41,950 bases of DNA. Origin: a virus. Lineage: Duplodnaviria > Caudoviricetes. The stretch is taken from IMG/VR virus record IMGVR_UViG_3300048853_000049, positions 1-41,950 of that record; one strand, 5' to 3'. The notes under the pieces are model-generated. The model did not search any database. It was not told the DNA's origin and saw only the letters and a list, made by a program, of their open reading frames with translations. A program made the translations under genes and the position numbers. Shown piece after piece: positions 41,839 to 41,950 of this stretch; the first letter of the stretch is position 1; every line of letters starts with the position of its first letter.

Positions 41839-41950
41839 TTCGGAACCCCTCTGGGCACGCCAAGAGCCGCCGACTGCCGCACTTGGCCAGCGATAAGCGT
41901 CCTAAGCAGCTCTTGCATCGTCCCCGACCTCGACGCGCTGCGCCAGGGCG

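Overview
The window is one complete prophage of about 41.7 kb, with a Rhizobiaceae (Sinorhizobium/Ensifer-like) signature inferred from gene content. It is integrated at the 3' end of tRNA-Ser(UGA) (37-126) and bounded by a 15-bp direct repeat CACCTCTTCCGCCAT (113-127, 41824-41838). Read right to left on the minus strand: P4-family tyrosine integrase; a divergent XRE repressor / AlpA switch; a minimal satellite-like replication module (Toprim primase, AAA helicase, TCGTGCG iteron origin); a putative late regulator; HK97-type packaging and head genes; a siphovirus tail with a tailspike; and a lysis cassette whose endolysin is frameshifted. An ~10 kb accessory region follows, with a LexA-boxed LigD-type ligase operon, exported and lipoproteins, an XRE module with a four-box operator, three Xis-like HTH genes and recombination scars. 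The most intriguing pattern: four unrelated phage proteins (AlpA, helicase, late regulator, portal) carry A-N-D-N, the start of the alphaproteobacterial tmRNA (ssrA) tag, and two of them end in the ClpX-type -AA. This suggests genome-encoded mimicry of the SspB/ClpXP degron in a phage whose repressor appears to have lost RecA-dependent autocleavage. All family assignments are by eye; no searches were run.
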